Positions 39,517-46,840 of a stretch of 64,000 nucleotides of DNA are shown piece after piece. The notes below the pieces were generated by a model. It did not search any database and had not been told where the DNA came from. It worked only from the letters and a program-made list of their open reading frames with translations. Numbering within the stretch: the stretch's first letter is position 1; each line of letters starts with the position of its first letter. The translations under genes and the position numbers were made by a program. The DNA lies in IMG/VR virus record IMGVR_UViG_3300030107_006644, positions 124,001 to 188,000 of that record; one strand, given 5' to 3'.

Positions 39517-39882
39517 ATGGGCTATCGTTCAACAGCTATTCTCGCGGTCAGCAAAGAGGCTCGACCGTATCTTATGCACTTTCTCGGTAAAACACCGGCT
39601 GCTATGGAACTTTGTTTCGGACCACATGCGGATCGTACCGAAGACTTCCAAGGCGAAGAAGGGTCGGTCATGTTTCGTTTCGACAGCATTAAGTGGTACG
39701 AGGGCTATAAGGAGATCGACGCTATCGAGTCCTTCATGAGCCACATGGACTGCGACGAAGCAGAAGAACTGGGCGAGGGATGCGAGCATTATCGCTTTGT
39801 ACGTACTGGCGAAGAGTACGAGGATATTGAACAGCGTGGTTATGCCTTTGACATTCACCCGTCAGTCGGTATCGAGTATTAA
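39517..39882 (+). CDS. Phage hypothetical protein
   Basis: MGYRS start, IKWY, YRFVRTGEEYEDIE; GGAGG SD. Confidence 0.7.
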   Translation: MGYRSTAILAVSKEARPYLMHFLGKTPAAMELCFGPHADRTEDFQGEEGSVMFRFDSIKWYEGYKEIDAIESFMSHMDCDEAEELGEGCEHYRFVRTGEEYEDIEQRGYAFDIHPSVGIEY

Positions 39883-40100
39883 AGTTAAAGGTTGATAACA
39901 GGATCATAACATGAAGTATACAATACCGCAAGCAGGATCGATGATCGGCGCTCTCGCTACTGGTGAGAACATCAAAGGGATTCAGATCGTTGTCGAGTAC
40001 AAGTGTGACGCGAAAGGCGAGTGGATTCGATTCATTAAAGATCCACCAGATCATTGGTGGGATCTTAGCAATATAAACATTATTTCAAAGAAGGAACAGA

Positions 40101-40373
40101 ATGGCTAACTTAGCATTTTCAGGAGAGAAGGTATCGCAGGACGAGGTGAAGAAAGCGTTGATGGCTATTTTAGCCGAGGACTGGCCCGAAGCCTTTACCG
40201 TAGACTTTCATTCAGACGGTGGAGGATCGGTGGTTCGCGCCATCGTCGAATGTCACAACACCGACGATCATTTAGACAAGTCCTTGACTGACAAGCTGCC
40301 ACTTAAGTTTATGGGATGGCGACTTGTGATATTAAAGGTTCCTATTGGTCATGTTGGAGTCTTTTACTCCTGA
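40101..40373 (+). CDS. Hypothetical protein
   Basis: ORF with SD; its stop codon lies in the next promoter repeat. Confidence 0.55.
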   Translation: MANLAFSGEKVSQDEVKKALMAILAEDWPEAFTVDFHSDGGGSVVRAIVECHNTDDHLDKSLTDKLPLKFMGWRLVILKVPIGHVGVFYS

Positions 40374-40424
40374 CATTCTCTTGACAACTTTGCTATTGAC
40401 TTCGACCCTCGCAGGTGCTATATT
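40370..40424 (+). promoter_or_regulatory. Triple-TTGAC early promoter, copy 5
   Basis: CTGACA(40370), TTGACA(40381), TTGACT(40396)-17 bp-TATATT(40419). Confidence 0.85.
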
Positions 40425-40449
40425 ATATGAGTAACCAAGGAGAGTACAC

Positions 40450-40794
40450 ATGGCCTATCTCACGAAAGACGATCTCGTAATCATTCGCACAAGCGACACC
40501 ACCATTCAGGCGCGTGTTGTAGACATGCAGTTTCGGCGCTTCAAGCGTTCATGGCAGGACAAGAAGACTGGTGAGTGGAAATACCGATGGAAGTCCGTGC
40601 CTTATGCGATTTGCGAGTGCTTCATCGGCGCTCCTGTCGGTACAGAGTTCTTGATTCCCGGCTATAAGCTGAAGAGTGAGGTCAAGAACGGAGAAAGTCT
40701 GCTTGTTCTCCGCGACAAGTATGCAGCCGAGTTCGATGGCGAGTGGGTAAGTAAGATGTTGGCCGAAAGCAAGGCCAAGCGAGCTAGTGCGTGA
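40450..40794 (+). CDS. Hypothetical protein
   Basis: AAGGAG SD directly after the promoter. Confidence 0.7.
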   Translation: MAYLTKDDLVIIRTSDTTIQARVVDMQFRRFKRSWQDKKTGEWKYRWKSVPYAICECFIGAPVGTEFLIPGYKLKSEVKNGESLLVLRDKYAAEFDGEWVSKMLAESKAKRASA

Positions 40795-40955
40795 AAGTCG
40801 GTGATCTGGTAAAGTATAGACGCAACGCGGTAGACGCTGGTGTGGGCATCGCTCTCATCGAGGGTGCCAATGCGCGGTGGACGATTCTGTGGTCAACCGG
40901 CGTGAGTGAGATCGTTAGAGAAGAAAACTTGAAGGTGATCAATGAAAGTCGGTGA
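40791..40955 (+). CDS. GDLV-family microprotein (54 aa, not in ORF track)
   Basis: MKVGDLVKYRRNAVDAGVGIALIEGANARWTILWSTGVSEIVREENLKVINESR. Confidence 0.75.
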   Translation: MKVGDLVKYRRNAVDAGVGIALIEGANARWTILWSTGVSEIVREENLKVINESR

Positions 40956-41121
40956 TATAGTAACTTGTAGCTACGGTATTGGCATGGTGGCAGCAAAGGC
41001 TTTGCAGCATGACGGCCCGCTATTCCGTATCATATTCAACGCTTTCCCAGAGCGCAAGATATGGGTTCGCCCGTGGGAACTGGAGGTAATCAGTGCAAGT
41101 CGGCGATCTGGTCAAGTTTGA
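40942..41121 (+). CDS. GDLV-family microprotein (59 aa, not in ORF track)
   Basis: MKVGDIVTCSYGIGMVAAKALQHDGPLFRIIFNAFPERKIWVRPWELEVISASRRSGQV; junction TGA is CGA here. Confidence 0.7.
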   Translation: MKVGDIVTCSYGIGMVAAKALQHDGPLFRIIFNAFPERKIWVRPWELEVISASRRSGQV

Positions 41122-41281
41122 AACTAACTCATGGGTGATGCAGCGGGACGACTATGCAAATCCCGGTGTGATCGTGGAAGACGTGTCTGGCGTGAGCACC
41201 CGACGCTACCGAGTCATGTGGGCCGATCAGAGAATCACGGTCGAACATGAAGGTTATCTTAAACCTTTGACATCTTCTTGA
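41093..41281 (+). CDS. GDLV-family microprotein
   Basis: MQVGDLVKF...PGVIV...YRVMW. Confidence 0.75.
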   Translation: MQVGDLVKFETNSWVMQRDDYANPGVIVEDVSGVSTRRYRVMWADQRITVEHEGYLKPLTSS

Positions 41282-41320
41282 CAAGATCCGCTTGACTTCC
41301 ATGCTCGCCCATGCTATATT
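41267..41320 (+). promoter_or_regulatory. Triple-TTGAC early promoter, copy 6
   Basis: TTGACA(41267), TTGACA(41278), TTGACT(41292)-17 bp-TATATT(41315). Confidence 0.85.
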
Positions 41321-41342
41321 ATATGGGTAATCAGGGAGAGAT

Positions 41343-41525
41343 ATGATTAAGGTTGGCGATTTGGTAAGGATAGCGGAGCCCTTCATGGGCTATCAGGGTC
41401 AAGTGGGTATCGTTACAAAGATCCCGCTGACCGAGCGTGGCATGTGGGCTATCCTGCTCACATCCGGCGAGCTTATCGCCACGAGGCTTATGTCACGTAT
41501 GGAGGTCGTCAATGAAAGTCGGTAA
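41343..41525 (+). CDS. GDLV/KOW-like microprotein
   Basis: IKVGDLVRIAEPFMGYQGQVGIV (KOW-like)...MEVVNESR. Confidence 0.75.
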   Translation: MIKVGDLVRIAEPFMGYQGQVGIVTKIPLTERGMWAILLTSGELIATRLMSRMEVVNESR

Positions 41526-41691
41526 TCTAGTAAGTGTGAAGCGCACTCATGGCCGAGAGCCTGTCATCGGTGTTATCATCGAGATCAAGGAAGACGAACA
41601 CAATCGAGTCGCACTTGTTGAGTCTATTAAAGGTAACTATCGGCTTTATGCTAACCCTCTCGACATCGAGGTGATAAGTGACTGTCGGTGA
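41512..41691 (+). CDS. GDLV-family microprotein
   Basis: MKVGNLVSV...IGVIIEI...DIEVISDCR. Confidence 0.75.
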   Translation: MKVGNLVSVKRTHGREPVIGVIIEIKEDEHNRVALVESIKGNYRLYANPLDIEVISDCR

Positions 41692-41896
41692 TCTCGTTAA
41701 AGTTACACGCGCATCCATCGGCGTGCCTGTTGGGACATTGGGTCTAATCATGTCCTCGCATGAAACCCGTGGAGACTATGATACTGCGTCGGGCGAGAAG
41801 ATTCACATACTGCAGCTTATTGGAGGTGATTTTGCATGGGGGCAGAACCGTCGTTATTTGGGGAGAGACTTGGAGGTAATCAATGCAAGTCGGTGA
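41678..41896 (+). CDS. GDLV-family microprotein
   Basis: MTVGDLVKV...LGLIM...DLEVINASR. Confidence 0.75.
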   Translation: MTVGDLVKVTRASIGVPVGTLGLIMSSHETRGDYDTASGEKIHILQLIGGDFAWGQNRRYLGRDLEVINASR

Positions 41897-42056
41897 TTTG
41901 GTGAGGAACCGTAACTCTGAGGGCGGCCTGCTGGGTATTATTGTGGGCTGGCAGGATCTCAGTTATGAGGGTTTGCAGCCTATTATACACTGGTTCGACG
42001 GGCGCACAAGTTGGATTATGGCGCATCGCGTGGAGGTCATCAATGCAAGTCGGTAG
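41883..42056 (+). CDS. GDLV-family microprotein (57 aa, not in ORF track)
   Basis: MQVGDLVRNRNSEGGLLGIIVGWQDLSYEGLQPIIHWFDGRTSWIMAHRVEVINASR. Confidence 0.75.
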   Translation: MQVGDLVRNRNSEGGLLGIIVGWQDLSYEGLQPIIHWFDGRTSWIMAHRVEVINASR

Positions 42057-42252
42057 TCTATACAGGTTTGACCGTATCAACGGTCACACAACAACCGTGA
42101 ATGGCCGGTTGGCGATTTATTTGGGCGAAGCCTTCATCCGTCGAGACGATGGCGTGACCATCGAGAACCACAGGGTTTTGATGGTTGGGAACACAAGCCC
42201 GACGATCATTGATCGCGGCCTGCTGAAGCACATGCGAGAGGTGACAGCATGA
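42043..42252 (+). CDS. GDLV-like microprotein
   Basis: MQVGSLYRF...LAIYLG...HRVL...MREVTA. Confidence 0.7.
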   Translation: MQVGSLYRFDRINGHTTTVNGRLAIYLGEAFIRRDDGVTIENHRVLMVGNTSPTIIDRGLLKHMREVTA

Positions 42253-42422
42253 AAGTCGGTGATCTGGTAACACAGTCGCATGCCGGGAGTAATACAGGCA
42301 TCATCATAGCCATCGATCCCGAAGAAATCGGAGATTCAAAAGAAGTGCTGGTATTCTGGGACGATGGCGAAGTTTGGAACCATTCGATGCGGTTTCTGGA
42401 GGTGATCAGTGCAAGATCCTAG
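42249..42422 (+). CDS. GDLV-family microprotein (57 aa, not in ORF track)
   Basis: MKVGDLVTQSHAGSNTGIIIAIDPEEIGDSKEVLVFWDDGEVWNHSMRFLEVISARS. Confidence 0.75.
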   Translation: MKVGDLVTQSHAGSNTGIIIAIDPEEIGDSKEVLVFWDDGEVWNHSMRFLEVISARS

Positions 42423-42609
42423 ACCTTGGAAGGTGGGCGATCTAGTCAGGATTAAACGCACTGGTGAGACTGCGTTGATATTGTACGTTGCCGATGCGTC
42501 CATCGGCTGCAAAATGATTAAGATTCATACGGGCGAGTATTTCGCCCCTTGGAAGTTAAACCTTGTTAGCAAGGGAGCTAACAAGGTCGAAGAAGGGAGA
42601 GAGGAATGA
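42409..42609 (+). CDS. GDLV-family microprotein
   Basis: WKVGDLVRIKRTGETALIL...KLNLVSK. Confidence 0.7.
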   Translation: MQDPRPWKVGDLVRIKRTGETALILYVADASIGCKMIKIHTGEYFAPWKLNLVSKGANKVEEGREE

Positions 42610-42959
42610 TGCCGATTTGGGTTTTTATGGTTCGCTACGATGGCGAAATGGCTTGCAGTACGCACTTGACGGAGAAGGGCGCGATCCTGACCGCGATTGA
42701 AGACGTGCTGCAGTACCTTGGAGTAGAAGACGAAGAGGACGCGAAGAACATATTTAGCGAACCGAGAAGATACAGTAATGTTTCCGCAGTCGAAGCAGCA
42801 CTGAAAGAAGACGAGGTTCAACCTCCCGAATGGGATATTGGAAAGATGCAGAAGATGAATCGTGAACAACTTTATCGAGTCTATGCCGGATGGTGCGAGA
42901 AGACGTGGGATCACCACATCTACGAGTGCGAGATCATGAAAACGACGGTGACCGGATGA
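42606..42959 (+). CDS. Hypothetical protein
   Basis: Coupled to both neighbours. Confidence 0.6.
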   Translation: MMPIWVFMVRYDGEMACSTHLTEKGAILTAIEDVLQYLGVEDEEDAKNIFSEPRRYSNVSAVEAALKEDEVQPPEWDIGKMQKMNREQLYRVYAGWCEKTWDHHIYECEIMKTTVTG

Positions 42960-43279
42960 AGTTAAACCTTGAAGCTGCACCCGTCGAGGTTGTCTGGCCG
43001 CCGTGTCTCTCGACTATCGGAGGCAAGCGATATGCGATCAGCGGCAACGTCTGGATCGAAGTACCGATGTCCACCGTGTTCGACGATTTGCCTCGATATA
43101 TGGTCTGTGAGGCCCGCAAAGCCCCTGTGACGGCTCCGTGTCAGTCATGGGAGGTACAGGGTAGCAAAGGCAACAAGTACGCTGTGAGGCTGTCTGAGGG
43201 TGTCTGGTCCTGCTCATGTCCCGGCTACTCGTTCCGTCGCAAATGTCGCCATATTGAGGAAAAGAAGATTGAAGTTTAA
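42956..43279 (+). CDS. SWIM zinc-finger protein
   Basis: VQGSKGNKYAV...WSCSCPGYSFRRKCRHI (CxC...CxH). Confidence 0.8.
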   Translation: MKLNLEAAPVEVVWPPCLSTIGGKRYAISGNVWIEVPMSTVFDDLPRYMVCEARKAPVTAPCQSWEVQGSKGNKYAVRLSEGVWSCSCPGYSFRRKCRHIEEKKIEV

Positions 43280-43454
43280 GGTTGGTGACTTGGTGACTTG
43301 GAGGAATGGCCTTGCTCAACCTCCCGGTATCATATTAAAGGTTTCCACCGAAAGGCGTGCGTACCTTATTTGCTTTCCGCATAAGAGCGTCACCCAGTGG
43401 TGTCCCGACGAGTTCTTGAACCAGTTGACAACCTCTTTACAAGAAAATCCTTGA
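43269..43454 (+). CDS. GDLV-family microprotein
   Basis: FKVGDLVTW...PGIILKV...YLICF; TTG start. Confidence 0.65.
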   Translation: MKFKVGDLVTWRNGLAQPPGIILKVSTERRAYLICFPHKSVTQWCPDEFLNQLTTSLQENP

Positions 43455-43479
43455 CTTTGGGCCTGAAAGACTATATATT
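43425..43479 (+). promoter_or_regulatory. Triple-TTGAC early promoter, copy 7
   Basis: TTGACA(43425), TTTACA(43436), TTGACT(43451)-17 bp-TATATT(43474). Confidence 0.85.
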
Positions 43480-43503
43480 ATAGGGGTAACAAGGAGAGAT
43501 ACC

Positions 43504-43698
43504 ATGCAACCCGTGATTCCACTTGACAAGATTCTTGAGCGCATGCGCGAAGAGCAACAGCCCGAGCGCCCAGCTTTGCGACTGTATGCACCCGAGCCTT
43601 CACCCGGTGATCCTCGCGACCATGAGTGGCCACCACGCCGGATCGAAGAAGACGAGCAGCCCGAAAGAGGGGTTGCAATCATTGATTTCACGATTTGA
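43504..43698 (+). CDS. Small Pro/Glu-rich protein
   Basis: AAGGAG SD; ends ERGVAIIDFTI; the only gene between two promoter copies. Confidence 0.65.
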   Translation: MQPVIPLDKILERMREEQQPERPALRLYAPEPSPGDPRDHEWPPRRIEEDEQPERGVAIIDFTI

Positions 43699-43748
43699 CA
43701 TTTCCCTGACATTTTAGACTTGACTTTCTCTCTTCCCTGTGAGATAAT
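43695..43748 (+). promoter_or_regulatory. Triple-TTGAC early promoter, copy 8
   Basis: TTGACA(43695), CTGACA(43706), TTGACT(43720)-17 bp-GATAAT(43743). Confidence 0.8.
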
Positions 43749-43771
43749 ACAGGGGTAATCAAGGAGATCCC

Positions 43772-44575
43772 ATGCCCCGTGTGACCTACGCCGACCGCTT
43801 CGCTGCCCTTCTCGCCCGCCCGCTATCCAGTAGCGACCGGAGATTCTGCGAAAGTCTGCGAGACTTCTACCAGCGCAAAGGTCGCCTGACCTCTGGGCGT
43901 GTGCGGTGTTTTAAGCAGCTTGAGGAGCGTTACAGTGCCGAGAGGCTAGCCGAGGCTGCAGAGCGCGGCGGGCCGATGCTCAAGCGATTGAGCGGCCTTC
44001 TGCCCCGCGTGGAGGGCAACAAATGGGCAAGCGGATTCGTGATGAGTCTATCCCAACAAGTTCAAGGAGGGCGCAATCTCTCCGACAAGCAGATTACAAT
44101 GCTTGAAAAGATCGAGCGAGAAAACAGTGATGAAGCAATCGCAGCACGACAGACATGGCATCTTGATTATGATGACGACAAGCGTTTGCGTGCGATGGTC
44201 GCGGCTCGATACTACCGGGAGAGCGGAGGCTACTTCCGCGATCTGGTTAACAAGATTCTTGAAAACCCTGACTTCGTGCCGTCCCAGCGGCAGTACAGGT
44301 CTATCACCGAGAACAAGTATGCACAGAAGGTCTTGGATGCCCATTTCGCCGCGCCTAAGTACGCGGTCGGGTCATTCGTCGCGATGCGCTCCAGCGCACC
44401 GTGGGCATGCCGTAGCGGGGCCGGAAACAAGCCTTGCGTTGTCATCCAGACCGATGCCGCTCCTGTCGTCAGTGCAGCCCGAGGAGTCAAGCGTTACAAG
44501 GTGCTGCCCATCGGATCGGCAAGGCCGATCATTGTCGAGGAGCGACACATTAAAGCTGCGAGAGGACTTAAATAA
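43772..44575 (+). CDS. Hypothetical protein, paralogue of 19155..19772
   Basis: Shared C-terminal region; internal duplicated F..SL...Q..GR.L(T/S) helical unit. Confidence 0.75.
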   Translation: MPRVTYADRFAALLARPLSSSDRRFCESLRDFYQRKGRLTSGRVRCFKQLEERYSAERLAEAAERGGPMLKRLSGLLPRVEGNKWASGFVMSLSQQVQGGRNLSDKQITMLEKIERENSDEAIAARQTWHLDYDDDKRLRAMVAARYYRESGGYFRDLVNKILENPDFVPSQRQYRSITENKYAQKVLDAHFAAPKYAVGSFVAMRSSAPWACRSGAGNKPCVVIQTDAAPVVSAARGVKRYKVLPIGSARPIIVEERHIKAARGLK

Positions 44576-44578
44576 CCA

Positions 44579-44745
44579 GTGCGGCCCCACCACATATATA
44601 ACTAAAGGTGGGATTCAATGCCTTGAGTGAATCCACTGCGCTCCACCAGTCCCTTTGCGGGATGAGGACGTGAACCCGAGAGGGAGTCGAAACAAGGCTG
44701 GCGAGGAAGACGCGGTAAGGACAGCGATCATCGGTGGGGCCGCAC
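44579..44745 (+). ncRNA. Candidate structured non-coding RNA (~167 nt); strand assumed from flanking genes
   Basis: Perfect 13-bp closing stem GTGCGGCCCCACC/GGTGGGGCCGCAC; internal stems GGATTCA/TGAATCC, CTGCG/CGCGG, CCAG/CTGG, GAC/GTC; CCC-GAGA-GGG GNRA hairpin; intergenic. Confidence 0.6.
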
Positions 44746-44783
44746 CCCCTTCAACTTAAACCTTTGAACTTTTGAGAAAACAC

Positions 44784-45182
44784 ATGAAAGTAGAACTGAC
44801 CGACATTGAGATTATCCACATTATGAACGCGCTTAAGCTGACAGCCAACAAGCTCCGCGAAAAGCACTCGATTTCTGGTGACATGGAGCAAGCCGATCTT
44901 GCCGACGAACTTGAAGAGATCGAGTTTGACTTGTTTGAGGCTGTCAATCGACGCGATGACGACTGGCTAGCCGACCGAGACGATCCCACAGACCTTATGG
45001 GCCAAACGCTCTCAGAGCCGGATGCTGCCCTTTCATTCGTGCAGGCAGGCATTGACGCCCGCGAGCAAGTTAAAGGTTCCTCAATGGCCGCACAACGCCG
45101 GGAAGAGCAGGTTAAGCGCATGATGAAAGGTACAGCCACACCACGCGATCCTGACTTCATGAATGATCCGGTGGACTGGTAA
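44784..45182 (+). CDS. Acidic hypothetical protein
   Basis: ORF ends just before promoter copy 9. Confidence 0.6.
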   Translation: MKVELTDIEIIHIMNALKLTANKLREKHSISGDMEQADLADELEEIEFDLFEAVNRRDDDWLADRDDPTDLMGQTLSEPDAALSFVQAGIDAREQVKGSSMAAQRREEQVKRMMKGTATPRDPDFMNDPVDW

Positions 45183-45194
45183 ATCAAACCTCTC

Positions 45195-45249
45195 TTGACA
45201 TTCTCTTTACAACTTTAACCTTGACTTCCTCACTCATATCGGCTATATT
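45195..45249 (+). promoter_or_regulatory. Triple-TTGAC early promoter, copy 9
   Basis: TTGACA(45195), TTTACA(45206), TTGACT(45221)-17 bp-TATATT(45244). Confidence 0.85.
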
Positions 45250-45294
45250 ATAAGGGTAAGAACGAGTTGAACCCCCTGACTTTGGAGATTTTAC

Positions 45295-46077
45295 ATGGGT
45301 AACTATTCTGGAACTATTCGATGCGGTCACTGTTACGAGCGAGGCCACAATCGGGCTGGCTGCGAGAAGCTGACCGAGCAACTTGCTACACAATGGAGTC
45401 GCATCGAGACTGCGGGGTATGATGATGACAACTATACTCATAAGCGCACCCGTCAAATGCTAGCCAAGCGTCAGGGGTCTGACCCTCTCACTGGTGAGAG
45501 CACCCGCAAGCGTCGGGCGACCTACGGAGGCCGCAAGTGCTCATACTGCGGCGAGCCGGGTCACACTCGTCGCACTTGTCCGTCGATGAAGACTGACAAA
45601 CAGAACTATCGCACGTTGACTGCAGCATCGCGCTCGACCCTCATTGAACGCATGCGCGAGCATGGTTTCGGACCCGGCTCGCTCTTGACTACCGTGTCAA
45701 AGGATTGGGAGGATGGCGAGTACAAGACCCGCACGGTCCCGATGATTGTCAAGTCCGTGGACTGGGAAGCGATCCACCAACGGACATGGGGCAGTCAGGG
45801 TCAGGGTGGCCCCGAATGTGTCACAGTGCTCCGCATGAATGATAGCCGCATCGTTCAGATTATGCTTCCTAACTGCGTTACAGGCTACGATCCTAGCTGG
45901 AATCGCGTTGAGCTTGCTGGTCGAGTAGAGGACGTGCAGCCTCCCGCTGGATGGCTCGATGCATCGGAACTCGACTCCAAGACCATGGGCCAAGTGGTCG
46001 AACTCTTTGAAACTGGGGTTGCCCGCGACTACTACTGGTGGCAGCGACAGCCCGAAATAGAAGGACAGGAAGGTTAA
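45295..46077 (+). CDS. Protein with two CCHC zinc knuckles
   Basis: CGHCYERGHNRAGC and CSYCGEPGHTRRTC, both exact CX2CX4HX4C. Confidence 0.8.
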   Translation: MGNYSGTIRCGHCYERGHNRAGCEKLTEQLATQWSRIETAGYDDDNYTHKRTRQMLAKRQGSDPLTGESTRKRRATYGGRKCSYCGEPGHTRRTCPSMKTDKQNYRTLTAASRSTLIERMREHGFGPGSLLTTVSKDWEDGEYKTRTVPMIVKSVDWEAIHQRTWGSQGQGGPECVTVLRMNDSRIVQIMLPNCVTGYDPSWNRVELAGRVEDVQPPAGWLDASELDSKTMGQVVELFETGVARDYYWWQRQPEIEGQEG

Positions 46078-46084
46078 ACCTTTC

Positions 46085-46139
46085 TTGACATTCTCTTGAC
46101 AACTTCGCTATTGACTTTTCCTCTCCCCTGTGGGATAAT
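46085..46139 (+). promoter_or_regulatory. Triple-TTGAC early promoter, copy 10
   Basis: TTGACA(46085), TTGACA(46096), TTGACT(46111)-17 bp-GATAAT(46134). Confidence 0.85.
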
Positions 46140-46168
46140 ACAGGGGTAATCGAGCAAGGAGCTATCCG

Positions 46169-46729
46169 ATGACTGACACGCCGACCACTTCTGACCTTCG
46201 CGCCCTCAAGCTGACCGAGGACGAATGGCACTCACTCATGCACATGGGTGAGTTTGATCCTATTCGCGCTCACATGGATATGCTTGTGCTGGCTGGGCTT
46301 GCCGTGCGAACGCACATTCACCCGCCCGAATGGGATCTGACCGAGGCCGGTCACGCAGCCTGCAACGCGATTGATCTCATCCTCGACTGGGATGACTTTG
46401 TATTCGTAGGCGACGGAGAGGACACCGAGCCTTTCGGCGTTATTCAGCTTGAGAACGCTTCTGATGCCTCTGATACGGTCTTCCTGAATGGTGAGCCTAT
46501 CGAGCGCAGCGAAGCCGTAGAACTGGCTTCTGAGGCCCCTAAGCGCATCGGCGTAGGATCGCTTGTGCGCCACCAGCACCACGGCGAAGGTCTAGTGACC
46601 GATCATTTCATGTGGGATGGCGACTGGGGCGGCTTCAGGATTAAACTTCTTAAACCTTCCCAAACTGGCGCTACAACCTCGATTACCGAGTTTAGTGACC
46701 GCGCCGATTCCTTTGAACTTGTAAGTTAA
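46169..46729 (+). CDS. Hypothetical protein: wHTH-like N-terminus and SH3-like C-terminus
   Basis: LVLAGLA...WDLTEAG; IGVGSLVRHQHHGEGLV...FELVS. Confidence 0.6.
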   Translation: MTDTPTTSDLRALKLTEDEWHSLMHMGEFDPIRAHMDMLVLAGLAVRTHIHPPEWDLTEAGHAACNAIDLILDWDDFVFVGDGEDTEPFGVIQLENASDASDTVFLNGEPIERSEAVELASEAPKRIGVGSLVRHQHHGEGLVTDHFMWDGDWGGFRIKLLKPSQTGATTSITEFSDRADSFELVS

Positions 46730-46736
46730 ACCTCTC

Positions 46737-46791
46737 TTGACATTTACTTGACAAGATAATCCTTGACCTTTTACCCCCACCGTGCTATATT
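46737..46791 (+). promoter_or_regulatory. Triple-TTGAC early promoter, copy 11
   Basis: TTGACA(46737), TTGACA(46748), TTGACC(46763)-17 bp-TATATT(46786). Confidence 0.85.
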
Positions 46792-46840
46792 TATAATGTG
46801 AGCGAGGGATGAACCCTCGCCTTGACCTAGGAGTCCTATC

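Larger units (their letters stand above)
40929..42430 (+). repeat. Periodic ~33-nt junction repeat (YTGGAGGTVATCARTGMAAGTCGGTGATYTRGT) between microgenes
   Basis: Copies at ~40929, 41080, 41499, 41665, 41870, 42030, 42236, 42396; partial copies at ~37726, 37881, 38130, 38313, 38630, 38825, 40788. Confidence 0.85.

Noticed and set aside
40929-42430. CRISPR array reading of the periodic ~33-nt repeat
   Set aside because: The repeats are degenerate and non-palindromic, the spacers are 120-175 nt open reading frames, and there are no cas genes in the window.
37700-42450. Classical integron (attC) or diversity-generating retroelement
   Set aside because: No attC-type inverted R/L boxes, tyrosine integrase or reverse transcriptase, and no TR/VR pair differing only at adenines.
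44655-44700. Canonical hammerhead ribozyme
   Set aside because: The core reads GGGAUGAG instead of CUGAUGAG and no NUH site with stems I/III is evident; kept only as an unclassified structured RNA.
44605-44745. tRNA or permuted tmRNA, suggested by GCGCTCCACCA and a downstream GGGGC
   Set aside because: No canonical T-loop (TTCRA), D-arm, anticodon arm or tag ORF; the GGGGCCGC segment pairs better with 44579-44591.
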